Shown here in pieces: positions 1-11,357 of a DNA stretch of 64,000 nt. The notes under the pieces are model-generated. The model was not told the origin of the DNA and did no database searches. It saw only the letters and a list, made by a program, of their open reading frames with translations. Origin of the DNA: Octopus bimaculoides (taxonomy: Eukaryota); the NCBI RefSeq assembly GCF_001194135.2, contig NC_068994.1, forward strand, positions 53,681,880 to 53,745,879. Reading direction: 5' to 3'. The position numbers and the translations under genes were made by a program. Position 1 is the first letter of the stretch. Each line of letters opens with the position of its first letter.

Positions 1-180
1 TAAAAGCAGCCACTACACTCTCTGAGTGGTTGGCGTTAGGAAGGGCATCCAGCTGTAGAAACTCTGCCAAATTAGACTGGAGCCTGGTGTTGCCATCCGG
101 TTTCACCAGTCCTCAGTCAAATCGTCCAACCCATGCTAGCATGGAAAGCGGACGTTAAACGATGATGATGATGATGATGA
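1..180 (+). mobile_element. 3' end of RTE-type retroposon (LINE 3' end or SINE with RTE tail), ending in (ATG)n
   Basis: Sequence gagtggttggcgttaggaagggcatccagctgtagaaa...ccaacccatgctagcatggaaagcggacgttaaac followed by a (GAT)n tail. The same motif recurs at ~13476-13573, 28290-28571, 32575-32695, 37741-37925 (-) and 59015-59212. Confidence 0.8.
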
Positions 181-230
181 TCTGACAAATATATAAATCA
201 ATGTAATATACAAGTATATTTACATTTCAG

Positions 231-299
231 TTTTGGAAGGAGGACTATAATTTTTGCAGAAAATATCTCATAGACTGGCAAAGTCGTTGTTCAGATTGA
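231..299 (+). CDS. Putative terminal coding exon of an unidentified upstream gene (FWKEDYNFCRKYLIDWQSRCSD*)
   Basis: Acceptor atttacatttcag|231, protein-like 22-codon frame, TGA at 297-299 and AATAAA at 322-327. Family not recognised, and phase 0 is assumed. Confidence 0.45.
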   Translation, partial: FWKEDYNFCRKYLIDWQSRCSD

Positions 300-1331
300 A
301 ATTGTCTGGTTGTTGCATACAAATAAAGTGTGAGTAGAAAGTGAGTTCCAGGAAGTTGTAATTCTATGGACAAAAGTCAGTTTGTACAAAATTTTGTTGA
401 TGTACAAGGTGGAGAAGAGAACTGTGCAAATATAGATGATCTGTGTGAGTTTGGGTAGTTCACAGAAGTGTGGTGATGATAAACAAAATAAAGGAGAGAT
501 ACAGCATGTCAACATTTTAGTGGTTGTTGCGACAAGTGACTTTTGGGGGCTACATATTCTAGTTTGTTTGCATGCATAGTAAGACTTTAAGAATATATTT
601 ATTCATTATTTGATAATAGAGAGAGAGTATAAGTCATCAGCTTACCAATTTCAAGGAAGGTTGAAATCTGGTGGTCTCATCCCTGGAGGTGATAAGGATT
701 TATCTCACCACTAGTAATATAAACAAGAGTCCATTTTGCACATCAAGCCAATATGAGAATTTCTCTCATGGTAACGACTGCAGTATAGTTTGTTCTAACA
801 GAACATCCTTATTTAAGTGGGGATAAACATTACTTCTAAATATATTTTGTTACTTCATAAACCTCTATATTTATCAGAATTGTAATGCTAACTAATTCCA
901 GAAGCTGAACATGCATTGGGAAAAGATCTTCAGATAATTCTCTGTCTCCATGATGTCATCATACCTTGCAATTCAATGTGCTGATACAATGAAAAGAATC
1001 AGGCTTTTGTCTGCTTGCCTGAACTCATAAAACAATTTATGTTGTTAGACTATTTTTATCTTCTATGATTTCAACAAAACAAATGAAAACAATTCTGACA
1101 TATTCCAGAAGAATTGTTACAATAAAGTTACTTCCTTCTCTCAAAAACTGCCATTTTGAACTGGACATTATTGTTGTTGCTGTGATGTTTCAATCTTCTA
1201 CATTTTTTCCATTTCATTTGTTTCAGTTTTATACCTTCTTTTTCTTCTTCTGCGGTAATTTTTATTTGAAGATTGGGGAGAGACAAGAGCTTGTGACATT
1301 AGCACATAAGCTCTTTTATTTCTCCTTCATA

Positions 1332-2904
1332 TCTATATATATAAGAATGAGAATGTGTGTCTGTCTGTCTGTCTGTCTGTCTGTGTGAATCCCTAAAACT
1401 CGAGAACTACGCAACCAATTTCATTCAAATTTTACACGTGCCTTACTTAGGGTTCCAGTTGTGTTTTAGTAAAAAAAATTATTAACTTCTTGCAAAGTTC
1501 GAGCACACGGCAACATAATATCTCCTCCACTATTTAAGTATTACGTGTCAAAAGTGAAACAAAAACACTCATGTCAAATACTTTCACTTTAAAAATGAAA
1601 CTATTCCACTAACTGAAACAATCACATTTCGATACTGTAGTGACANNNNNNNNNNNNNNNNNNNNNNNNNNNNNNNNNNNNNNNNNNNNNNNNNNNNNNN
1701 NNNNNNNNNNNNNNNNNNNNNNNNNNNNNNNNNNNNNNNNNNNNNNNNNNNNNNNNNNNNNNNNNNNNNNNNNNNNNNNNNNNNNNNNNNNNNNNNNNNN
1801 NNNNNNNNNNNNNNNNNNNNNNNNNNNNNNNNNNNNNNNNNNNNNNNNNNNNNNNNNNNNNNNNNNNNNNNNNNNNNNNNNNNNNNNNNNNNNNNNNNNN
1901 NNNNNNNNNNNNNNNNNNNNNNNNNNNNNNNNNNNNNNNNNNNNNNNNNNNNNNNNNNNNNNNNNNNNNNNNNNNNNNNNNNNNNNNNNNNNNNNNNNNN
2001 NNNNNNNNNNNNNNNNNNNNNNNNNNNNNNNNNNNNNNNNNNNNNNNNNNNNNNNNNNNNNNNNNNNNNNNNNNNNNNNNNNNNNNNNNNNNNNNNNNNN
2101 NNNNNNNNNNNNNNNNNNNNNNNNNNNNNNNNNNNNNNNNNNNNNNNNNNNNNNNNNNNNNNNNNNNNNNNNNNNNNNNNNNNNNNNNNNNNNNNNNNNN
2201 NNNNNNNNNNNNNNNNNNNNNNNNNNNNNNNNNNNNNNNNNNNNNNNNNNNNNNNNNNNNNNNNNNNNNNNNNNNNNNNNNNNNNNNNNNNNNNNNNNNN
2301 NNNNNNNNNNNNNNNNNNNNNNNNNNNNNNNNNNNNNNNNNNNNNNNNNNNNNNNNNNNNNNNNNNNNNNNNNNNNNNNNNNNNNNNNNNNNNNNNNNNN
2401 NNNNNNNNNNNNNNNNNNNNNNNNNNNNNNNNNNNNNNNNNNNNNNNNNNNNNNNNNNNNNNNNNNNNNNNNNNNNNNNNNNNNNNNNNNNNNNNNNNNN
2501 NNNNNNNNNNNNNNNNNNNNNNNNNNNNNNNNNNNNNNNNNNNNNNNNNNNNNNNNNNNNNNNNNNNNNNNNNNNNNNNNNNNNNNNNNNNNNNNNNNNN
2601 NNNNNNNNNNNNNGAGTGGGCAGCAACAAAAAACCTATTTGTATATGCTCCACAAGGGAAAACAAGGAACATAGTTTACAATGAGGTGTTATAATCACAA
2701 CAGCAAGAAAGTATGTACATGATCACCTTCTTTTACGAAACTTCATTGACTTTCATATATTTATATTGATATACATATATATACGTGTGTTTGGGTGCGT
2801 GTGTGTATATACATCTCTATATATAAAGATGATGCGTAGTCTAGACGGCGTTTTTAGATTTCATTATTCTCTTTAACCCGGGCAACGCCGGGTATTTCTG
2901 CTAG
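1332..2904 (+). mobile_element. Non-autonomous Helitron with internal gap
   Basis: The 5' end is A|TC (1331/1332). The 3' end has the hairpin acccgggcaacgccgggt followed by CTAG|T (2901-2905). Bases 2614-2694 encode RVGSNK/NLFVYAPQGKTRNIVYNEVL* (one frameshift), which resembles the C-terminus of Helitron RepHel PIF1 helicases. A (CTGT)n microsatellite lies near the 5' end. Confidence 0.8.
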
Positions 2905-3099
2905 TATATAAATATATACATATGTATGTATATATGTATGTGTGTGTGTGTGTGTGTGTATATATGCACAACTAAGTAAGATATGGGTAAAAACCTTGTA
3001 GAATGCTATGCAAAGCTTGTCCATAGTTATTGGTTACCTGATGTCATCATACAGAGGAAATGCTCCTGCTACTGGATTATTTTGGAATAATCCTTGGAG

Positions 3100-3832
3100 C
3101 TTAGGTTTTCGATGACTGAGATTCCAAATATGCAAAAAATCACGTTTTCAAAATTTTAAATCCTGCCCCTTTTTTTTAATTTTTAGCTTTTTTGAAATTT
3201 TTTTTTTCATTCTACATGGAAAAATACAGAGATTAATAATATGGCAAACAAAAAATTAATTTTAAATCTTATGTAAAAAGCTCCAAATTTGATCCACACA
3301 CCCCTTGCCACCCAGCAAAAAAGAGTGCGTGCGCAACAAGCTCTACAGCTCACTGAAAATGAACAACTGAAACAAGTGAAACAAAATGTTTTATATACCT
3401 GTTGTATATGTTGGTCTTGTTTTTTCGCTTTAAAGGTAAATGATTCNNNNNNNNNNNNNNNNNNNNNNNNNNNNNNNNNNNNNNNNNNNNNNNNNNNNNN
3501 NNNNNNNNNNNNNNNNNNNNNNNNNNNNNNNNNNNNNNNNNNNNNNNNNNNNNNNNNNNNNNNNNNNNNNNNNNNNNNNNNNNNNNNNNNNNNNNNNNNN
3601 NNNNNNNNNNNNNNNNNNNNNNNNNNNNNNNNNNNNNNNNNNNNNNNNNNNNNNNNNNNNNNNNNNNNNNNNNNNNNNNNNNNNNNNNNNNNNNNNNNNN
3701 NNNNNNNNNNNNNNNNNNNNNNNNNGATTTGAAAAAAAAGTTAAAAATTAAAAAATTGGGGGTGGGATTAATTTAAAATTTTGAAAACATCATTTTTTGC
3801 ATATTCAGAATCTCCGTCATCGAAAACCTAGG
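3100..3832. mobile_element. Fold-back/MITE-like element with ~100 bp inverted arms around an assembly gap
   Basis: ttaggttttcgatgactgagattccaaatatgcaaaaaatcacgttttcaaaattttaaa (~3100-3160) is the near reverse complement of tttaaaattttgaaaacatcattttttgcatattcagaatctccgtcatcgaaaacctag (~3773-3831). The gap is 3447-3725. Confidence 0.6.
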
Positions 3833-6589
3833 AATCCACTGAGAAAAAAAAAATTTCTGAAAGCTTGGTTTTTGTGAGGGGAGGGGGGTGACTGTCGTAC
3901 AGCTCCACCAATGATTCTTCCAGCTCCCTGCCCTCAAAACATTCATTAATATTAATGAGTGAGATGTTCTTATGAAAGTTTGCTGCTGTCTAAAATAACT
4001 TGACTGCCTGACCCTTGTTGAGGCATAAACAACCAGAAGACTCAGCTTTTACTGCTGCAAATATCTAGGATTCCATACCATCTAATTTCTGAAAGATCAG
4101 CTTTACCTGGAGTTCCAAAATCCTTCCAGAACAATCATTTATTTATGTGAGGTGTAAGCTTAAGATCATGCAACGCAGAAACATTGCTCTTACATACTGT
4201 ATTTTCTTGCATACAAGTTGAATTTTTCAGATCAAAATTTACAACCCCCCAATAGGTTGACATATACATTAAAACAACTTTGAAGAAGGACAAAAGATTC
4301 CTTGTGATATGCTGTAGGATTTAGAAAGACAATGATGGTGTTTGAATGTTTACACCACAAACTATGCCAGTTTGTATACCAGAAAATGTGATATATGTTT
4401 AGTATCTTGAAGTCATTCAGTATGTGAACCAGCTTCCAACCACTTGCCTGGGCCACCTTGTGCATTCATACAAACCACACTCAATGCTGCTCTAAGTAAG
4501 AGAAAATACCACTTACCTTATAGTTCATGTTGAGGTGCATTGTACATTTTTAATTCCTTAAAATACCTCTCCAGCATTTTTAGTGCTGGGGTCTTTATAA
4601 ATAGCCCAGGTCCATTGGTAATTTCTCTTTTATAGTTCTATATACTCCAAGTATTGTCCTCAGTAGGAGTTTCTCATTGGGTTACTTTTAGGAGGAGTTG
4701 GTTCCTCTCACCTTCCTATTTGCTTTATTTTTGTTTGTAATTTTTTTAATTCTATCACTGCTACGATGTTCTCGCGAACAACATTGAAGTTGAGAAGTGT
4801 TTGTCCAAGTTCTTGCTATTGCAGCTGTTGTTCTTATTTTTCCATCTTGCAGATCAGTCACACTCCAACCATTCTCCAGGTGACTTTAGACCTACAAAGT
4901 TTTCAGGTTTGGAGGATCTTTCTCTTTTTTCAGTCTGATTAAAAGCTAATCTTCAGATTCAGTTTCATGGATAGATGAGGTATCTGAGAAAGGCAGATAT
5001 GTCAGCAAGAGTTTTATTGTTTGTGTTGTTTAGGAGAGGGAAACTTTCACAGCCTTTGGAGGTAGTACAAGTGTTTGTCTTTTGAGCAATTTATTTAGCT
5101 GTTTAAGCAATTTATTTTGCTTTTTTTTTTTGAGCAATTTATTGTTGTAGCTGTTGATGTCGATTTTGTTATTGTTATTTTCTTATTGATGTTATTAAGG
5201 AAGTTTTGTTACATGACAAGGAAACTGAAAATGCATAAGTTAGTTAGTGACACTGTAATGAAATCCCTCTGGTTTTCTGTTTTTTATTATTATCATGTTT
5301 TGTATTTAGAATTAGAATGGAATTAGAATGGAATTTCTACAAAGTTTTACATGTAAGAACTTCCATCTCTGGGTATTTTTCATGTAAGGAAGATTGAATA
5401 TTACTTCCCCCTGTTCCTCTATAACTTCCACCAAAATTCCTGATTTAAATTTGGTGGTACATTATGAATATTCACTTTAGTAGATTAACAAAACATGTTG
5501 ATAAGAATTAAAAATATTACTCAGGTACACAGGAGTTAGAGTTTTTTTTTCCTTTCTCTTCCTAAATTCAGAATAAACTTCCATTAGCAGGTGAAATTTT
5601 TGAAACAGCTATCACAACCTCACAGGGAAGGAAAAGAGCACAGAATGATGTTCAGGGAGCTAAAATGTAAAGCAAAAAATTTCTTTCCGAATTATGATCT
5701 CCATTGTAGAAAACAAAGGAATAGTGAAAAGAAAAAAAAAAAGAAAATTCTGGAAACACACTGTTTGCTTTTGTGGCACCTCTTCCATTCTTCAGGTACT
5801 TTTCTAACTGCAACAAAAAAATGGCTTTGTCCCCGTCCACATCATTTTTTTTTTTTTATCACACAACTGCAGATAATAATTCTGGGGTACCAAATGCACC
5901 ACCTCACTCTTCAGGTACTTTTCTACTCACAATGAAAAATGGCTTTTGCACCTTTGTCATCTTTCTATTCAAACAACTGTAGGTGAATTCACTTCTCAGT
6001 GAGCAATTAATTCGAGATGGCCGTTGATGTTGCTGTCGCTATTTCGGAGTCATTGTTATTATTACTATACTATTCTTATCGACGAAGTTGTAGTTTGTGT
6101 TAACATTATTAATTTTCTTCTTGGTTCTTTAGTTTCTGTTGTTGCCATTGTTGTTGGTGGTGAGGGAGATTTTTGCTGCATTTCGTACCAGCACTTCTCT
6201 CAGTCTCACTATTGCGCTGCGCCATATCTGCATGTCTTGTCCAGAGTGTATGAAGCAGAAAAACAATTCACTGAAGCAGACGACAGCTTTCGTATGACAT
6301 CTACCACGCTTGTCATAGCTGCCTCCTACTGCACCTCCTTTTTCAAAGGTCAAAGTTCAATCAGCTTTAGACATCGGTGAAAAATAAATAAATAAAATAA
6401 AATAAAACTTTGCTTCACGAACGTATTTACTAAAGCAGACGACAGATCTAGCTTCGCAGCTACCACAATGTCAAAGCAGCCTCCCACTGCGCTCCCTTCT
6501 GCAACGATCAAAAGTCAGATTTTTGATGTATCGATGAATAAAAAATAAAGCATTTATTCGTTTAAGCCAGTAGAGGGGGAAACTTTTTA

Positions 6590-7020
6590 GTGTGGCGGGC
6601 GGATCACAAGTTCTAACCCTTATAGCTGTGTAAATCTTGTATATACATTAATAAAGATAAGTTTAACACATTAAATTAACGCGTAACATCTACATTAACG
6701 CCGCCATTGAATTTAGGACTTTTATATCACTTATGGGGTATTCTATATTTTTCAGCTATTTATAGTTGGGTCTCAAGGGGGTGGTACAAACCTAGCAATA
6801 TGTGTTTTTTAGTGAAAATTAAAATTTCAATTCAAATGGTAATTACCGGATGATTTTCTGTTCGAGTCTAACCGTTTTAAGTCGTAGTGGAAACGCGACC
6901 TATGTCGCAAAGAAGCATAAGAATATTGTATAAATTTTATAATTGAAAAATTGAGTATATTTTGTACATACGACTATACCAGCCTGGGGGCGCAATAAAA
7001 TGGGCGGGCGGGGGTTTCCC
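6590..7020. promoter_or_regulatory. CpG-enriched promoter-like region
   Basis: Local CpG enrichment against an AT-rich background. Motifs: YY1-like GCCGCCATTG 6700-6709, GC boxes gtggcgggcgg ~6592-6602 and GGGCGGGCGGGG 7002-7013, kB-like GGGGTTTCCC 7011-7020. Confidence 0.4.
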
Positions 7021-10000
7021 CACCTTTGGTTTAAGCATAGACTCTTTAAATTTCTTCCCGTAACACTTTTTTTTATTATGTATTAAAGAAAAAAAAAACT
7101 ATCTTTGAATTCCAATCAAAGATTGAGAATCAACCAAAAATTAAATTTTCTCCATTTTTCTTTTTTTTTTTTTTTAAGCAAAGTTTTATTTTACAATTAT
7201 TCCATGAAAATTGAGATCTGAATTTAATAATTACATATATAATACGTATGTATATGATACAATTATATTACAAAATCACATTAAAATACAAATCCAAAAT
7301 CGGAGAAAACACAGACATGAACGAAGAAAATGCTGTTTTTAAAAAACGACAGAAAAAAGCTAGATGCTTACTAAATGGAAAAAAACTTTCAATGAGTGCA
7401 AATAACATTAAAATTAGTGAAAAAGAAAATAATGGCATCCTCATTCCTTCAAATTATACACCGTACCAAGAAATACTTTCTAAAAATTTTGACGTTGTCA
7501 TACACACAAGATGGTTGTTTAACCTTTTTATATTTATTATAAAATAAAACTCGTAAACCCGGGGTCTGGCAAAGTGGATCATCGCAAAGTGAGGTATTAC
7601 TGTATATTAATTTTCGAAGTTATAGAAGTAATATAAAGAAGGCCATGAAAATTTGTTATAGAGGCAGCAGGTTGCCTCAAGGTGGTTATGGTTAAGAGAT
7701 GTGGCCTCTGAAAAATGTTATGCTTCTTGGAGTAATTGTTAAGTGGACACAAGTTGGGGGTTTGCGCAACCTTGGCTGGGTCGCCTGGCTGAGGGTGCCT
7801 AATTGTTGACAGACTCGAGATACCCAATGACCCCAAGAAACATCACTGATGATGTGTCTAGGTGCGTCACTATAATGTATAGAAAAATTATACTGTTCTG
7901 ATTCCTAATTAAGACACAAGTCTAGAAGTGATGAAAGGTAAAATTGATCTTGGCAGGATTTGAATCCAGAGTGTAAATAAATGGAATACTGCAAGACATT
8001 TTCTCTTTAACGATTCTGAAAATTTTTAATTTATTAAGGGTGAAAAATGTAATGAAAATATATGTATACATTGGCATATCTACACAACGGTGCCCCCACC
8101 CAACTTTGTTTTTTCCCATACTTCTAAAAAATTGTTATTTTTTAATTAATTTGAAGTGGTAAAAAAAAATGGTGAATACGCACTGACNNNNNNNNNNNNN
8201 NNNNNNNNNNNNNNNNNNNNNNNNNNNNNNNNNNNNNNNNNNNNNNNNNNNNNNNNNNNNNNNNNNNNNNNNNNNNNNNNNNNNNNNNNNNNNNNNNNNN
8301 NNNNNNNNNNNNNNNNNNNNNNNNNNNNNNNNNNNNNNNNNNNNNNNNNNNNNNNNNNNNNNNNNNNNNNNNNNNNNNNNNNNNNNNNNNNNNNNNNNNN
8401 NNNNNNNNNNNNNNNNNNNNNNNNNNNNNNNNNNNNNNNNNNNNNNNNNNNNNNNNNNNNNNNNNNNNNNNNNNNNNNNNNNNNNNNNNNNNNNNNNNNN
8501 NNNNNNNNNNNNNNNNNNNNNNNNNNNNNNNNNNNNNNNNNNNNNNNNNNNNNNNNNNNNNNNNNNNNNNNNNNNNNNNNNNNNNNNNNNNNNNNNNNNN
8601 NNNNNNNNNNNNNNNNNNNNNNNNNNNNNNNNNNNNNNNNNNNNNNNNNNNNNNNNNNNNNNNNNNNNNNNNNNNNNNNNNNNNNNNNNNNNNNNNNNNN
8701 NNNNNNNNNNNNNNNNNNNNNNNNNNNNNNNNNNNNNNNNNNNNNNNNNNNNNNNNNTTACATCTTGACCCAGAAATGAAAATCCAAAAAAATTACTGGA
8801 ATGGGTGTAAAATAATGTGTAGGAAACGAATATGAAAAAAAAAAATGCGAGCAAAGCAACGGAAGGGTGGAGGAGAAGACTTCGGAAAATTCACAAGATC
8901 CAAGTTTTTCCCTCAACTTTTAGGAAAATGGGGTTTTTTCATTGAAATTTCATAGAAATACCTTTCAAACGGCATACATTACGATTATAAAGTAATTTGT
9001 GGGGTAAATCTTGAGGTGGGGAGAGGACTTCGGAAAATGTCCCAATTATGTTGTAATTGTAACAAAAATGAATCATATCTCCAAAACCTGAAGTGAGAAA
9101 GTTTCTAGAAAAATCTTTTTGTTTTATAATGAGAATATTAATTTATTTTATCGCATGTCTTATCTTTTTATAATATAATTGTGTTCTCCATATAAATAGA
9201 TTCAATAAACCTTTTGAATTCAAAGAATCTATGATTTTTTTCCTTTCAAATCAAGAGGGTGACGTCGGCGTAAATAATATATTTTGGGGTAACTGGTTAA
9301 AAAGTTCCCCGAGCCCTGATCTAAGGTGCCTGACAGCATGACTTCTAACTGTTCAGTCGTTTTGCAATGTTTATCACCTTCGTTTTGCTTATATCTCTCT
9401 TAATAGTTCACCGAACTCGTTTTTCTATGTATGTTTTTCAAGGTATGTTGTGTGTGTGCGTGCGTGCATGCATGCGTACATGTGTATGTGTGCGTGTGTG
9501 TATTCGTGCATGTATATGTATGGTTGTATGGTTAAAAAGCTTTGTTCTGTGACAAAAAGTTCCTATTTTAAAGTGAACTAAATTAAAATCTTCCATTAAA
9601 GCTTCATGTTAATTTATGCTCGAAACGCCAGCAAGGTGTTTGCAAAGGTCTAAGAACTTATGGTGGTTTCCACTAACATACCAAAAGGACGGTAAGGCAT
9701 CTTGAAAAGACAAGAAGACTGCTCGGAAAGACAAGCTGATAATGGGAAATACTATTGACACCAAGCAAGACTGGCAGAGGCTACGGATTTACAATAATCA
9801 CCTCCGTAATCTTTTGTAATATCTACCAATTCACATTGGTAGATGTTAGAACCCCATGCTTGGTCGAGAATCAATCAAATCCAATGACCAATATGGAAAT
9901 GAACTTGGCAAATACCACCACGAGTGATATCTCGAGTACAGTGGAGAAGGCAAGCCACTGGATTTGGTTCTAAAGAGATGATGAGAATGGTTAGAATTTT

Positions 10001-10229
10001 TTAAAACGGGGGCCACATTTTTCATTAACGAAACACTTTGAAACTTGGAACACTGGTAGAATGTGTCATATAAAACATCTTTTTCTCTTATCTTCTTTAA
10101 AAAAAAAGAAATTCATAAGTTACTCCATGTTAAAGTTGTCGTATTTCTGTAATTTCAACCAATCACTGACGTCCATTTAGCCGATATACATTAAGTGCCG
10201 ACTACATAAACAAACGATTCTGAAACAAT

Positions 10230-10266
10230 TAACCCTAACCCTAGGGTTAGGGTTAGGGTTAGGGTT
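10230..10266. repeat. Short interstitial telomeric repeat, (CCCTAA)2 joined to (TTAGGG)4, palindromic
   Basis: Read directly: taaccctaaccctagggttagggttagggttagggtt. Confidence 0.9.
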
Positions 10267-11032
10267 AAAGCAAATTTAAAATGAAAAAAGCAAATAAAAC
10301 GAAGGTATGGAGATTAAATACGCTTTACATCGCTTAATCAGCCAAAGGAGTAAATATAAACNNNNNNNNNNNNNNNNNNNNNNNNNNNNNNNNNNNNNNN
10401 NNNNNNNNNNNNNNNNNNNNNNNNNNNNNNNNNNNNNNNNNNNNNNNNNNNNNNNNNNNNNNNNNNNNNNNNNNNNNNNNNNNNNNNNNNNNNNNNNNNN
10501 NNNNNNNNNNNNNNNNNNNNNNNNNNNNNNNNNNNNNNNNNNNNNNNNNNNNNNNNNNNNNNNNNNNNNNNNNNNNNNNNNNNNNNNNNNNNNNNNNNNN
10601 NNNNNNNNNNNNNNNNNNNNNNNNNNNNNNNNNNNNNNNNNNNNNNNNNNNNNNNNNNNNNNNNNNNNNNNNNNNNNNNNNNNNNNNNNNNNNNNNNNNN
10701 NNNNNNNNNNNNNNNNNNNNNNNNNNNNNNNNNNNNNNNNNNNNNNNNNNNNNNNNNNNNNNNNNNNNNNNNNNNNNNNNNNNNNNNNNNNNNNNNNNNN
10801 NNNNNNNNNNNNNNNNNNNNNNNNNNNNNNNNNNNNNNNNNNNNNNNNATTGGCAGCACTTGCATATGCAAGTTTTTTCAAAACAAAAAAAAAATGCTCC
10901 AAACGCCAGCTTCATAATGACAAAGTTATTTTACTAAATTCTTCATTATTTCAAAACTTAATTGAAACAAATGTAATATATCTTAATAGAAACATGTTAA
11001 CAAAAGGAAACGTGATACATCAAAATGTGTGT

Positions 11033-11091
<59 letters not shown>

Positions 11092-11347
11092 AATGTGCAT
11101 ATTTTTACAAACGTGTGTGTATCAGTGAGTGAGTATATGTGTGTAATAAAGCACGTGCGTGTTTTCTCAATTCAAAACAGCGTCTGGTTTACGATTTTCT
11201 GAATTGATTTTCGTCAACTGTCAGTAGGTGAGAGTGGCGGATTTTCTTAAAGTCCCCGACCTCACAGGGTGGGGAAAAAGTGATTGTCAACTTCGTCTAC
11301 CATAAGAGTTTATATACTCTGACGGTGATTTTTTACTGTATCCTGTA

Positions 11348-11357
11348 ATGCAACCAG
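11348..11357 (+). CDS. FANK1: FANK1 coding exon 1 (MQP-G)
   Basis: ATG CAA CCA G|gtaagt is a strong donor, and phase 1 matches exon 2. Confidence 0.7.

Noticed and set aside
640-720. Minus-strand PPGMRPPDFNLP* followed by a GTAAG donor (SmB-like proline motif)
   Set aside because: There is an in-frame stop a few codons upstream, no convincing acceptor and no partner exons.
1584-2698. Long ORFs spanning N-runs (also at 3.3-3.7, 8.1-8.9, 10.3-11.1, 28.5-29.0, 42.5-42.9, 55.4-57.5, 60.1-60.6 and 62.4-62.9 kb)
   Set aside because: They are open only because N codons translate as X.
3900-5090. Minus-strand decayed ORF-like sequence (ELGQTLLNFNVVRENIVAV...)
   Set aside because: It has many stops in all frames and no recognisable transposase or RT motif. 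It is probably an old repeat, but I cannot support a call.
5591-5670. Possible + exon (EIFETAITTSQGRKRAQNDVQGAKM*) after ccattagcag
   Set aside because: It is embedded in repeat-like sequence and links to no other exon.
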